Below, piece by piece: positions 63,001 to 64,000 of a DNA stretch of 64,000 bases. The stretch spans positions 59,086,001 to 59,150,000 of the forward strand of contig OZ024743.1 of NCBI GenBank assembly GCA_964016885.1, written 5' to 3'. The position numbers and the translations under genes are program-made. Every line of letters starts with the position of its first letter. Within the stretch, counting starts at the first letter, position 1. Below the pieces are notes generated by a model that was not told where the DNA came from, searched no databases, and saw nothing but the letters and a program-made list of their open reading frames with translations. The stretch is from Eledone cirrhosa. Its lineage: Eukaryota.

Positions 63001-64000
63001 GTGGTCCATGTAGCTGACTATCTTGAATTGTGGACATCCTATGCTAGACCTATCTATTTCCCTACAAAATACTCTATCTAGATATGATCTGGATGAACCT
63101 ATGCGATTTGTCCAAGTCCACATTGGCACATTCGGGAAATCCAATCGGTACATGTCAGACAGTTCAAAACGCCTGAGCAAGTTGGTGAGGCTCTTGCACC
63201 ATCCTCCCCTATCCGCTAATCCTACACAGTCCCAGCGTGCATCTAATATCCTGTTCCAGTGGCCCACTAACACTAAAGAGCGGGACGTTCCAAGAAAGGT
63301 CTCCAGACGCCGGAATAAATCAGGCCGCCCTGCACCTGTCGGGGCATAGACGGCCACTAGCCTGAAAGCTAGCCCGTGTCCGCTGGTCACGTCTAGCACC
63401 ACCAACTTACCTTCTGGGTCCAGGAAGATGGCCCGTATGGCGAAATCCAAACCTCTCCGAAAAAGCACAGCAAATCACCCCCCCCCCACCCTGTTCCCGG
63501 ACGTCTGGGAGATGCGTACACATCGTAGCCGCCGAACATCGGTGCGAAGGCCCGTGCTTCGGAGATTCTGGTCTCGATGACGGCCACTACATCCATGTTT
63601 AGTGACGTGAGGTCGTTGAGCGCAGGTGGCAATGCTTCCATGACGACCCCAAGCCACGCGCATTTATGCTGCCTATTCTGAGTGAGGTCATGTTGAAATG
63701 GAGTGGAAAAGATGGGAAAGACCACTTACTTTACTTCTCGTAGAGGAAGGATGGTTTATCCACCTTTTTCTCTGCTTGTGGTCTCCTCCGGAAGGATGTC
63801 CTTATAATTCCTCATGGAGAGTGTTTATCGGAAGTCTCCGATGTCTTTGGGGAATTTTTGTTTTAGTGTCGTGTACGTTTTCTGTGTGATGCGAGTGATT
63901 TGTATGTGTGAAGGTGGTGTAAACTTTTGGGTTGTTGTGTAGTCTTTTTCTGTGATGCTGGTGTTGTGTTGCATGTAGTGTAATAATTGGTTGTTGTTCA
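60047..64000 (-). mobile_element. Tx1 LINE copy 6 (family B-like), degenerate; continues beyond window end
   Basis: ORF2 from about 63692 to 60291 (GLDFAIRAIFLDPEGK, YADD, ..GPTLSMCL*); its 3' end CTTGTGATTAATAAA abuts the 5' end of copy 5. Confidence 0.9.

Overview
This is an AT-rich eukaryotic window with many microsatellites. No host gene was recognised; it is almost entirely transposable elements. The tRNA/Deu(Nin)-type SINE and the repeat landscape suggest an octopod cephalopod (inference, not verified). The dominant structure is two arrays of non-LTR retrotransposons joined by short (ATT)n/(TAA)n tracts. Six L1/Tx1-clade LINEs (ORF1 with CCHC knuckle, ORF2 APE-RT-zinc finger; one near-intact at 12718-18537) alternate with R4/Dong-clade RT+RLE elements (three families in the arrays; one full-length at 29464-34374) and a SINE. 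Polarity is strict: from 12.7 to 47.6 kb Tx1 and SINE are on + and Dong on -, and from 52 to 64 kb all three are reversed together with the repeat strand. The flanks and the 47.6-52 kb spacer are (TA)n/(GT)n-rich and hold Penelope-like elements with minimal hammerhead ribozyme motifs, palindromic non-autonomous elements, Helitron pieces and a CRE-like fragment. The most interesting signals are: (1) an apparently (ATT)n-specific Tx1 family sharing a self-renewing target with Dong elements and a SINE; (2) a SINE 3' tail resembling the Tx1 3' end; (3) a conserved GTAAGT splice-donor motif at the ORF1/ORF2 boundary; (4) covarying 5'UTR hairpins; and (5) several hammerhead motifs. All calls were made by eye, and element boundaries are approximate (about 10-20 nt).
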